Assembly: GCA_013360285.1 (NCBI GenBank)
Contig: JABWCM010000001.1
Span: forward strand, 11,328-75,327
Length of the DNA stretch: 64,000 nt
Source of the DNA: Myxococcales bacterium
Lineage (GTDB): Bacteria; Myxococcota_A; UBA9042; JABWCM01
Direction of reading: 5' to 3'
This document shows, piece by piece, positions 9,375 to 19,046 of the stretch (positions within the stretch are counted from its first letter, which is position 1; every line of letters begins with the position of its first letter). The notes below the pieces were generated by a model. The model did not search any database and was not told where the DNA came from. It worked only from the letters and a program-made list of their open reading frames with translations. The position numbers were made by a program, and so were the translations under genes.

Positions 9375-9950
9375 TGATGAAATAATTTATTTCGACCGTG
9401 AAATAATTTATTTCGACCGTGAAATAATTTATTTAGCATCAGAAATAATTTATTTAGCATCAGAAATAATTTATTTAGCATCAGAAATAATTTATAATTC
9501 TAAAAAATTATTTATTTATTGTATGAAACAAATTATTTCAATACATAAATAATTTATATTGAGTGTTAAAATATTTATTTTAATGTAAAATAATTATTCT
9601 GGCAATTGAAAAATATTATTTCATGTGCCAGATAAATTATTTTGAGTGTAACGAAAATTATATTTTGAAAAAATAAATTACTTTATGCACGAAATAATTT
9701 ATTTCACATTGAAGATAATTTATTTTATACACGAAATAAATTATTTAGATGAAAAATAAATAATATGATGATCGAAAATAATAATTTGAGATTAAGAATA
9801 AATGATTTTGAATATAAAATAATTTATTTTGATTTGTCAAAAATAATAATTTGTATGGAATAAATTATTTCGACCGTGAAATAAATTATTTCACATGCAA
9901 AAAAAATTATTTCGGTCGTGAAAAAAATTATTTTGAATCACGAATACAGT
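9375..9950. repeat. AT-rich array of ~27 degenerate direct repeats with ~21-bp period; core AAATAATTTATTT (near-palindromic) plus a variable 6-8-bp GC-containing tail
   Basis: Read directly: gaaataatttatttcgaccgt x2, gaaataatttatttagcatca x3, then more than 20 degenerate copies; terminal units again carry cgaccgt/cggtcgt tails. About 20% GC versus about 60% in the flanks. Confidence 0.9.
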
Positions 9951-10942
9951 CTCAATTTTCGCCACAGCGTATTGCGGGCTATACCCAGTTTGTCTGCCGC
10001 CATCGCTTGATTTCCTTGGCACAGATCCATGACACGTAAAATGTGTCGCCGTTCCATTTCCGCCAATGTCCACGTTTCCTGCTGATCGGTTGCCGATAAT
10101 TCTTCGGCACGGAATCGATTTTGATTTTGGCGTAATTCTTCGGGTAAATCCCGTGCTTCGATCCACAATCCGGTGGCCAACGCGGCACCATGACGTACGG
10201 CGTTTTGTAATTCCCGCACATTGCCGGGCCAGGCATAGTTTTGTAATTGTTGTTGTGCTTCGTTGGAAAAATCCTGGGCGACCACGGCTTCTTCCGCAAG
10301 AAAGGTTCGTGCCAACGGCAACACATCTTCTTTCCGGTCCCGAAGCGGCGGCATCGTCAACGTCAACACTTTCAGCCGAAAATACAGATCTTGCCGAAAT
10401 TTTCCTTCCCGGACCAGTTCGGCCAGATCCCGGTGGGTCGCACACACAATCCGCAAATCCACAGCAAATGTTTGGTTTTCGCCAACACGACGGATCTCCC
10501 CGTCCTGTAACGCACGTAATAGTTTGGCTTGTATGGGCAACGCCATTTCCCCAATTTCGTCAAGAAACAACGTGCCGGATGCCGCTTCTTCCATGAGCCC
10601 GCGCCGGCTGGAAGCGGCTCCCGTAAACGCGCCTTTTCCGTGGCCGAACAACTCCGACTCCAGCAGTTCCGTAGGCAATGCGGCAACATTGATCGCGACA
10701 AACGGTTGATTGGCCCGTCGGCTGTTTTGATGGATCAGCCGCGCGATGACTTCTTTTCCGGTTCCGGTTTCTCCATAAATCACCACCGGGGCTAGGCTTA
10801 CAGCAAATCGAGCCGCCCGTTTGCATACTTCCTGCATGACCGGTGACATAGACACTACAAAAGCCGACTTCGTCCATCGCGATACCACCGGTGCCATTCC
10901 ACATACATCACAAGTTGGTTTGTTCTGTTCCATGTGTTCCAT
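9938..10942 (-). CDS. Sigma-54-dependent transcriptional activator (bacterial enhancer-binding protein) consisting only of the AAA+ sigma-54 interaction domain and a C-terminal Fis-type HTH; no N-terminal sensory domain
   Basis: Motifs VVIYGETGTGKEV (Walker A), ESELFGHGKGAFTGA (GAFTGA sigma-54 contact loop), LFLDEIGEM (Walker B), C-terminal HTH ..AADKLGIARNTLWRKLRLYS. Only ~30 aa precede the AAA domain and include CDVCG; an alternative start would be Met31. Confidence 0.85.
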   Translation of the reverse strand: MEHMEQNKPTCDVCGMAPVVSRWTKSAFVVSMSPVMQEVCKRAARFAVSLAPVVIYGETGTGKEVIARLIHQNSRRANQPFVAINVAALPTELLESELFGHGKGAFTGAASSRRGLMEEAASGTLFLDEIGEMALPIQAKLLRALQDGEIRRVGENQTFAVDLRIVCATHRDLAELVREGKFRQDLYFRLKVLTLTMPPLRDRKEDVLPLARTFLAEEAVVAQDFSNEAQQQLQNYAWPGNVRELQNAVRHGAALATGLWIEARDLPEELRQNQNRFRAEELSATDQQETWTLAEMERRHILRVMDLCQGNQAMAADKLGIARNTLWRKLRLYS

Positions 10943-11067
10943 TGTGGAACACCATCATGGAACAGTCAATCGAAATGGTGTTACCAAACCCAAGGGTGGT
11001 GTCGTTTCAACATGGCATTCAAATTGCTTTACCTTTGGAAAACCCGGGGGAAATAAAGGATATGTCT

Positions 11068-11760
11068 ATGATTTCGACCCAAAAAACCATCGCCGAATGG
11101 GTGTTGGACCATTCGGAATGTGCTTCGGTTTTTCAAAGGCACCACATCGATTTTTGCTGCCGTGGGCATCTGACCGTCGATGAAGCCTGTGACCAAAAAG
11201 GATTGAATCCAAAAACCATATTGGAGGACTTAAACCGGGCCATCGCCGAACGGCAGGGCGGCCCATCGGTCGATTACCGCACCCTGAGCACAGTTGCCCT
11301 GATCGCCCATATCATTCAGACACATCATGAATATTTACGAAAAACACTGCCGTTTCTGCGGCCTTTGGCTTCCAAAGTGGCCCGGGTTCATGGCGATACG
11401 AATGCCAACCTGCATGAATTGGAACTCATCGTCTTTGAACTTGTGGAAACCTTACTTCCCCATCTGGATGCTGAAGAACAAGAATTGTTCCCTCTGCTGA
11501 TGACCAAAAACCCGGACAAAAGCCTGGTCGACAGCCAATTTACGCTGATGGCCGAGGATCATTTGTTGGTGGGGGAATTGTTGGCCCGGATGCGTAAAAC
11601 AACCAACCAATTTCGGCTTCCGCAGGCAGCATGTAATAGTTACCGAACCTTGTTTTCCGAACTCGAACAACTGGAAGGCGATATTCTTCGCCATGTGCAC
11701 CTCGAAAATCATGTGCTGATGCCGCGGTTTGTGTCGACAAGTACGCCATTGTCACATTAG
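11068..11760 (+). CDS. ric: Iron-sulfur cluster repair di-iron protein (RIC/YtfE/ScdA family: ScdA_N plus hemerythrin-like domain)
   Basis: AAAGGA RBS 7 nt before ATG 11068 (six-frame ORF 10891..11760 has a spurious N-terminal extension). HHIDFCCRGHLTVDEAC matches the YtfE N-terminal Cys motif. The C-terminal His/Glu-rich hemerythrin-like region is present. Confidence 0.8.
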   Translation: MISTQKTIAEWVLDHSECASVFQRHHIDFCCRGHLTVDEACDQKGLNPKTILEDLNRAIAERQGGPSVDYRTLSTVALIAHIIQTHHEYLRKTLPFLRPLASKVARVHGDTNANLHELELIVFELVETLLPHLDAEEQELFPLLMTKNPDKSLVDSQFTLMAEDHLLVGELLARMRKTTNQFRLPQAACNSYRTLFSELEQLEGDILRHVHLENHVLMPRFVSTSTPLSH

Positions 11761-11771
11761 GAGCTTAAACA

Positions 11772-12347
11772 ATGGAACTCATTGAAGTATTGATGAAGGA
11801 ACACCGGAAAATTGAAAATGTGCTGGATGAATTTCATGTGTGGGTCGACCGCATGATCGAAGAAAATGGGGACGCGCGGGAACAGCTTGGGCGTTTTGTG
11901 AAGTTTATTGTTGAGTTTGCCGACGGTTGGCACCACGGAAAAGAAGAAGACATCCTGTTCAAAACCATGGTGGAACATGGATTTCCTTCGCAGTTTGGTC
12001 CGATCGGTGTCATGATGCAGGAGCACGCTCAAGGCAGGGAATACGTGGCGCAATTACAACGGTTTGTCCAGCAAAACAGCCCGTGGGATGTCTCGGCGAG
12101 ACAACAGGTTGCCAAATTTGCCCTCTCGTATATCGATCTGCTGCGTAATCACATCCAAAAAGAAGATCAGATCTTGTACCCGATGGCTCAGGCACGCCTT
12201 CCTCAGGCCGCGATGGCCTTTATGCAGACACGATTGGAGGTTTTTGAAGGGGGACCCGGCAGAAACGAAGAACGGAATCGGGTTTGGCAACTGGGCCGGG
12301 ACCTAACGGAAAACTCGTGTTGTGGCTGCGGAGCCGAACACGACTAA
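11772..12347 (+). CDS. Hemerythrin HHE cation-binding domain protein
   Basis: 191-aa ORF with dispersed His/Glu ligand pattern (HRKIENVLDE..WHHGKEEDILF..MMQEHAQGREY..HIQKEDQILYP) typical of hemerythrin-like four-helix bundles. Directly follows ric. Confidence 0.7.
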   Translation: MELIEVLMKEHRKIENVLDEFHVWVDRMIEENGDAREQLGRFVKFIVEFADGWHHGKEEDILFKTMVEHGFPSQFGPIGVMMQEHAQGREYVAQLQRFVQQNSPWDVSARQQVAKFALSYIDLLRNHIQKEDQILYPMAQARLPQAAMAFMQTRLEVFEGGPGRNEERNRVWQLGRDLTENSCCGCGAEHD

Positions 12348-12350
12348 CCA

Positions 12351-14594
12351 TCACCACCGGAAAACTTCCAATAAGTCCGAATAATCATCGGTCCAGGGGC
12401 GGAATCTTTCGCGGCTAATCAACGGTGTCCACAAGGCGTTGCCCGCGAGTGCGCCGAAATCTTCGGGAGTGCGGGTCAAGATGGCCCAGCCGGATTTGTA
12501 TTTGGCGAGCCGTAAATCTTCGCTGGTTAACTCCCCAAAATCACGCCGGGCCAATGACACAAGACCCAACTGATAAGATACCGCTGCCAGTACCGGTTCC
12601 AGGTCCAGATACCAATTGGTGGTGTGAAAAGCAATCAACCCATGGGGTTTGAGTTTTCGCAAATACAATTCGATGGCTTCCCGGGTGATCAGATGTACCG
12701 GAATGGCGTCGGATCCGAACGCATCCAGCATGATCAGGTCAAATTGAGCGTCAGGAACGTTTTGCATGGTGATGCGGGCATCACCTGTGACCACGTCGAC
12801 TTTGCCGCGGCTGTCGGTGATGTAGGTAAATAACTTTGGATCCTGGGCGATACGGACCACTGCCGGGTCGAGTTCAAAAAATGTAAAGTGGGTGTTTTCT
12901 GCGGCATAAGTCGCCACCGTGCCGGCGCCTAAACCAACCAATGCCGCGTGTTGAAACTGGGGGCGAGACAACATTTCGGAAAAGATATCGCCGGCGGGGC
13001 CACTCCGAAAATAATAGGTAGTCGGCGCCAAACTCCACGGGGGTTGATCGTATTGCATTCCGTGTAATGTACGACCATGCCACAATTCGTGCCAATGGCC
13101 GCTGCCCGATTTTTTTTGCTGAACTTTGTAAATCCCAAAAAATGTCCGTTCAGCATAAAGTAAAGTACGGTCATCGGCATGATGCACGGAAGGCAACAGC
13201 GGCATAAGCAACTGATCGACGCCGGCAGCAATAGGCGCCAATACAAACAACACCAAACCGGCCAAATATTGAATTCGGCGAGACTGGACCAATCGTCGAT
13301 TGGTCTGGTTGGGGGATTTTTTGGGAAGGCGTAACGCACCTAGGCGCAAACCGCCAAAAAAACAACACAGCGCAATGGCGATGGTATATTCCGTGAGGTT
13401 GACAAAAATCTGCGGCGCAACAACGGTGTTAAAAACACCACCCAATGCTCCGCCGATAGATAAAAACAAATAAAATTCGGTTAGTCGGTCTGCTTTGGGG
13501 CGGCGTGCCCACAATCGACCGTGGCAGGCCATACATCCGGACCACAACAACACCAGGTGCGCGGCGCTGATCCATCCCATGGGACTGGGTGTTTCGGACC
13601 AGATCAACCATCCGACAATCGCCGACAACGGCGCAACCAACATTGCGCTAAATAAACTGACCACTCGGGACACGGCGCTGAAAGCAACAATAAAGGTCAA
13701 AAGATAAATGGCCAGCGGCACGGTCCAAAACATGGGAACAGGTGCGATGTTGGAGGTCAGGTGATGGGTTGTGCCCAGCATGAGTGTCGACGGTACAAAA
13801 GAAAATACCAACCAGGAGAACCGTTGAACCCATCGGTTGGATAGCGTGGGCTCTTCGACAACCGTCGGGGTTTCACCATTGGTTGGCATCACTGTCGCGG
13901 GGTATCGCAGGGCCAATACGCCACAAGTTAACGCCAATATCGCAAACACGAGACCCATCCAGGTCCAGCCGATGGTTTGAGAAGACATGGGCCACAGCGG
14001 TTCGATGACCACCGGGTATCCCACCAGGGCTAAGAGGCTTCCGATATTGCTGGCGATGTAAATACCATATGGATTGCCGGATCCGGGTAGGCGGGAACGG
14101 GCGAACCAGAATTGAAGCAACGGTGACGCCATCGACAGCACAAAAAACGGCAGGCCAATCCCCATCGCCGCAAACTGAATAGTTCGAATCGCCGGTGAAT
14201 CAACTGCATCGGGCAGTGTTTCGGGAAGGCCGATTGGCAGCGTAAGGGCGGCCGCACCCAACAGCAAGATGTACAATCCTAGCTGAATGACCGGCTTGTT
14301 AATCAACGACACCAGATGTGCACACAAATAACCGGCCAGCAACACGGTCTGAAAAAACAGCATACACGAGGTCCACACGGCGGGACCGCCTCCCAGATGC
14401 GGCAAAATCAATTTACCCACCATGGGTTGCGCAACAAATAACAACGATGCGGAGCACAACGTCGCTGCAGCAAAAATCAACCAACCATGTACCGGTGCTT
14501 CAGAGCGTATCGACAATTTCGGATTCGTCCTTAGAGGGTGTTTAGATACCGCTTCGATAAAACAAATCGAAATACCAGCGGTCGCGGATCTCAT
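12351..14594 (-). CDS. Polytopic membrane protein fused to a C-terminal spermidine-synthase-like (aminopropyltransferase/class I MTase fold) domain
   Basis: N-terminal ~480 aa are multi-TM hydrophobic. C-terminal LIMLDAFGSDAIPVHLITREAIELYLRKLKPHGLIAFHT resembles SpeE family. The six-frame ORF extends to 14627 and would overlap the upstream RNB gene by 86 nt; true start is probably internal (Met at 14594 or GTG at 14492). Confidence 0.65.
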   Translation of the reverse strand: MRSATAGISICFIEAVSKHPLRTNPKLSIRSEAPVHGWLIFAAATLCSASLLFVAQPMVGKLILPHLGGGPAVWTSCMLFFQTVLLAGYLCAHLVSLINKPVIQLGLYILLLGAAALTLPIGLPETLPDAVDSPAIRTIQFAAMGIGLPFFVLSMASPLLQFWFARSRLPGSGNPYGIYIASNIGSLLALVGYPVVIEPLWPMSSQTIGWTWMGLVFAILALTCGVLALRYPATVMPTNGETPTVVEEPTLSNRWVQRFSWLVFSFVPSTLMLGTTHHLTSNIAPVPMFWTVPLAIYLLTFIVAFSAVSRVVSLFSAMLVAPLSAIVGWLIWSETPSPMGWISAAHLVLLWSGCMACHGRLWARRPKADRLTEFYLFLSIGGALGGVFNTVVAPQIFVNLTEYTIAIALCCFFGGLRLGALRLPKKSPNQTNRRLVQSRRIQYLAGLVLFVLAPIAAGVDQLLMPLLPSVHHADDRTLLYAERTFFGIYKVQQKKSGSGHWHELWHGRTLHGMQYDQPPWSLAPTTYYFRSGPAGDIFSEMLSRPQFQHAALVGLGAGTVATYAAENTHFTFFELDPAVVRIAQDPKLFTYITDSRGKVDVVTGDARITMQNVPDAQFDLIMLDAFGSDAIPVHLITREAIELYLRKLKPHGLIAFHTTNWYLDLEPVLAAVSYQLGLVSLARRDFGELTSEDLRLAKYKSGWAILTRTPEDFGALAGNALWTPLISRERFRPWTDDYSDLLEVFRW

Positions 14595-16164
14595 TGTGTC
14601 CACGTACCCGTACATCCAACGCGGCACCCACGCGGATTCGTTTTCCTTCGACGAGGCGCATGACAGCCCCTCCTTTGAAAAGTTGTGGGTTGGGTCCCAG
14701 GTCGTCGTGATATATTTTTAGTTCAATCGGCGGGGAATCAAGTTGTAAATATACGCGGTTTGGCCGCAACTCCATGATCGTGCCTTGGCGAATCGGACGA
14801 TGGCTCAGCGGCGTGTTCAAATCGTCGGCAAACAGTCGATCGATGACCAACTTGTTTGCGGCTTTTGTCAACCGGCGTTGGGTTTCTTTGGCGCGGTTGG
14901 CGACATCGATCATTTCTTCAAGCAATTCCTGGGCCACGGATTCGGGCCAGTAGCGGTAACCTACGGATGCCAGCGCCACGGCATGGGTGTGAATTCCAAC
15001 CATCTCCCGCATGGGTGCGGTAAGTCGGGCGTAAAGCGGGGCACCGATTCCACTGTGTCCGCCAGGCGCAGAAGAAAATCCCGATCGGACGTTCGAGACC
15101 ATAGCAGCACGTTCAATAACCCTGCGGATCCGTGAGTCGATTTGTTCGTTTGAAATCTTCTCCAAATAATCCGCCAATGGTTCGCCGCGACTGTCACCGG
15201 GGGTTTTGCGGCGATGCCAACGCCATCGCGAGGGGTCGAGACGATGTTCGGACACGATACCGGCAATCAATCGTTCCAGTTGAGCAAGACGAGCTTCGGG
15301 CGGGTTTGGATGAACACGCCATGCAGCTTGAGCGCCAAGTGCCGCGATATACCGCGCGCCTTCGACGTTACACAACAGGGAGATGTGCTCATTGTACACC
15401 TCCACTTCAAATCGTTGGTCCTTTACCAGGTTAAAACCATAACCGGTTTCCCCAACAGCAACCCGGACGTTGGACCGTTGATAGATCACTACATCGCGTT
15501 GCCGTGCTTCGGCTAATCGAAGGCGTCCTAATTCGCGCAGCAGAACAAGGCTTTCGGTAAATGGTTTGTTGGAGAGATCGCTGATTTGGGGTGTGTCGTA
15601 AAAAATCTGTACCTGTTCAAAGGTCAACGCGGCGTGGCTGAAGATTACTGCGGGGGTAATCGATGTCTTAATGCAGTGTCCCAGGGCGTTGACAACCAAC
15701 GTGAATACAACGGCGCGGCGTTCCACTTGTGGATTGAGCGAGATGATGCCTTCGGACAACTCGCGTGGCAGCATCGGTACCGATAGACCCGGAAGATAAT
15801 AACTGGCACCTCTGTTTTTGGCCTCGCGAAACAACGCCATACCGGGGCGAATGTAATATGACGCGTCGGCGATGGCGTACAACACACGATACCCCCCCTG
15901 AAATCGGTCGATAAACAACGCTTGGTCCAAATCGCGTGAACCTTCCCCGTCGATGGTGGTAAACGGAATCGAACGTAAATCGACCAGTCCGCTTTCGGTT
16001 CGCCCCGCGTCACGGACGATTTGTTCGATTTCCGGCACTACGTCTGGAGGCCAGGCAAGTTCCAGCGCAAACTCGGTTACAATACGCTCCATTTCCTGCG
16101 CAGCGGTCTCCAGTTTATTGGTATTTGTGATCAACGGGTTCATCTCTGACTCCGACTTCGGCAC
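14542..16164 (-). CDS. RNB-domain 3'-5' exoribonuclease (RNase II/R family)
   Basis: Catalytic motif TIDGEGSRDLDQALF (RNase II DxxxxDDA-type Asp cluster) and overall 540-aa length. Confidence 0.8.
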   Translation of the reverse strand: MPKSESEMNPLITNTNKLETAAQEMERIVTEFALELAWPPDVVPEIEQIVRDAGRTESGLVDLRSIPFTTIDGEGSRDLDQALFIDRFQGGYRVLYAIADASYYIRPGMALFREAKNRGASYYLPGLSVPMLPRELSEGIISLNPQVERRAVVFTLVVNALGHCIKTSITPAVIFSHAALTFEQVQIFYDTPQISDLSNKPFTESLVLLRELGRLRLAEARQRDVVIYQRSNVRVAVGETGYGFNLVKDQRFEVEVYNEHISLLCNVEGARYIAALGAQAAWRVHPNPPEARLAQLERLIAGIVSEHRLDPSRWRWHRRKTPGDSRGEPLADYLEKISNEQIDSRIRRVIERAAMVSNVRSGFSSAPGGHSGIGAPLYARLTAPMREMVGIHTHAVALASVGYRYWPESVAQELLEEMIDVANRAKETQRRLTKAANKLVIDRLFADDLNTPLSHRPIRQGTIMELRPNRVYLQLDSPPIELKIYHDDLGPNPQLFKGGAVMRLVEGKRIRVGAALDVRVRGHNEIRDRWYFDLFYRSGI

Positions 16165-16324
16165 GTCCTATTTGGCACGGCGTCGGTTGTAGCAGAGAAC
16201 TGAGTTTCCGTCGATAGGTTTGGGTTCGTTATCTGAGTGAAATGCCCCCTTGATTTCGGTTTGAGTTGCCTGATAGGTTCGTCGCTGAACAGGTTGATCG
16301 GTGCTAAACCAGATAACTTAATAA

Positions 16325-17448
<1,124 letters not shown>

Positions 17449-17449
<1 letters not shown>

Positions 17450-18294
17450 TGGCGAATGTCACTGTGTTGTCTCAGCATGTCTGTTTTGGGGGGCGGCAGT
17501 TGTTTGTGGGTCACGAGTCGTTTTCGTGTAATGCTCCGATGCGGTTTTCGATATATTTGCCGCCGGCATCCGACCTGGGACGGGTGCCGGCGGTGATGTG
17601 TTTGGCGGGGTTGACCTGTACCGAAGAGACGTTTGCGACCAAAGCCGGTGCCCAACGATGGGCGGCAGAATGTGGATTGGCGTTGATTATGCCGGATACC
17701 TCTCCACGAGGCCTCAATTTGCCGGGAGACAGTGACCATTGGGATTTTGGAGTGGGTGCCGGTTTTTACGTAGATGCTACCGAGCCGCCGTGGTCGCAAC
17801 ATTATCGCATGTATCGATATGTGACCCAGGAACTGGTCGATTTGGTCGCCGCGGAATTTCCAATTCGTAAAGAAAAGTTAGGAATTTTGGGGCATTCAAT
17901 GGGAGGCCACGGCGCGTTGGTTTGTGGGCTTCGGAATCCCGACGTGTTTCAGTCGATTTCGGCGTTTGCACCGGTTGTGGCTCCGATGGTTTGTCCGTGG
18001 GGGCAAAAAGCATTTTCCCATTATCTGGGAAAGGAACGAGAAAGTTGGCGGCATTGGGATGCTTGCGAACTGGTGCGATCGGGAATTTCCACAAATGCGG
18101 AAATCTTGGTGGATGTCGGACTTGCGGACAAGTTTTTGACGACTCAGTTGATGCCGGAAAAATTGGAAGAGGTATGCGCCCGGTCTGGACAATCACTGAA
18201 GCTGAGACGGCATGCGGGTTATGACCACAGCTATTATTTTATTACGACCTTTGTTGAGGATCACCTTCGACATCACGCCAGATATTTAACTTAA
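17449..18294 (+). CDS. fghA: S-formylglutathione hydrolase (esterase D family)
   Basis: Serine-hydrolase nucleophile motif GHSMGGHGAL and full-length similarity to FrmB/YeiG. Operon partner of frmA. Confidence 0.9.
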
Positions 18295-18668
18295 GCAGAT
18301 TGTGTAGGGGAATGAAGCGCGATCCGGTTTCCTTCGCTGTCTGCAACAATGGCGCGAAATCCGTGGGGTCCGATTTGGTGAACCGGTGTCAGAACACGAC
18401 CGCCGTGGGCGATGGCGGCTTCGACGGCTTCGTTCAACCGTCCGTCCGCATTGAGATAGATAAGCGGACCTGTCATGGATGGTGCATTGCCATCGGTCGA
18501 TATGTAAATACATCCAGCCACATCTTGAGAAGAGTGCGGAAATACTCCCATAGAGAATTCGCCTTCACCGAATTTTTCTACTGTTTGCCCCAGTACCGCC
18601 GAATAAAACCGCAAAGCACGGTCCAGGTCGAGGACGGGAATGTCGATCCAAACAATCTGATGACTCAT
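18291..18668 (-). CDS. VOC (glyoxalase/bleomycin-resistance/dioxygenase) family protein
   Basis: 125 aa, MSHQIVWIDIPVLDLDRALRFY.. beta-alpha-beta-beta-beta module typical of VOC proteins. Confidence 0.65.
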   Translation of the reverse strand: MSHQIVWIDIPVLDLDRALRFYSAVLGQTVEKFGEGEFSMGVFPHSSQDVAGCIYISTDGNAPSMTGPLIYLNADGRLNEAVEAAIAHGGRVLTPVHQIGPHGFRAIVADSEGNRIALHSPTQSA

Positions 18669-19046
18669 TGTTGTTGCTCCAAGTTTGTCTGGTCCATTGG
18701 GTCACTTCAGCCATTGAAGTCCCACCGGTGAAGTGATCAACTTGAGACGTATTTCTGCCAAGACTGCCCACACCGGTCGAAAATACGATTCCTGACACGA
18801 ACTTACCGAGCGCTCGTCGACGTGTCAATCCAAGAAGAACAATCCGGTTGAACGGAAACGGTTGACTGGACTCATGCCTGCGATCATAATCGGCACATCG
18901 AAATGAGAACTCTGCTGCCGGTAATCCGGAAGTAGGTTCATGCGACCAGTCGAATGGCGGTTTACTGATGTCGTGATGGCAAGAACACGTGTTTCGGACA
19001 CGGCGTTGTGGCATTCACGTTATGTCGCTTCAATGGGAAGGACCTA

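Noticed and set aside
18669-19046. Search for tRNA/ncRNA in the 378-bp intergenic region upstream of the giant gene (inverted repeat TCACTTCA..TGAAGTGA at about 18700-18740)
   Set aside because: No cloverleaf-compatible T-loop (GTTCRANYC) or anticodon-arm pattern was seen. The inverted repeat is short and may be a simple operator or chance.
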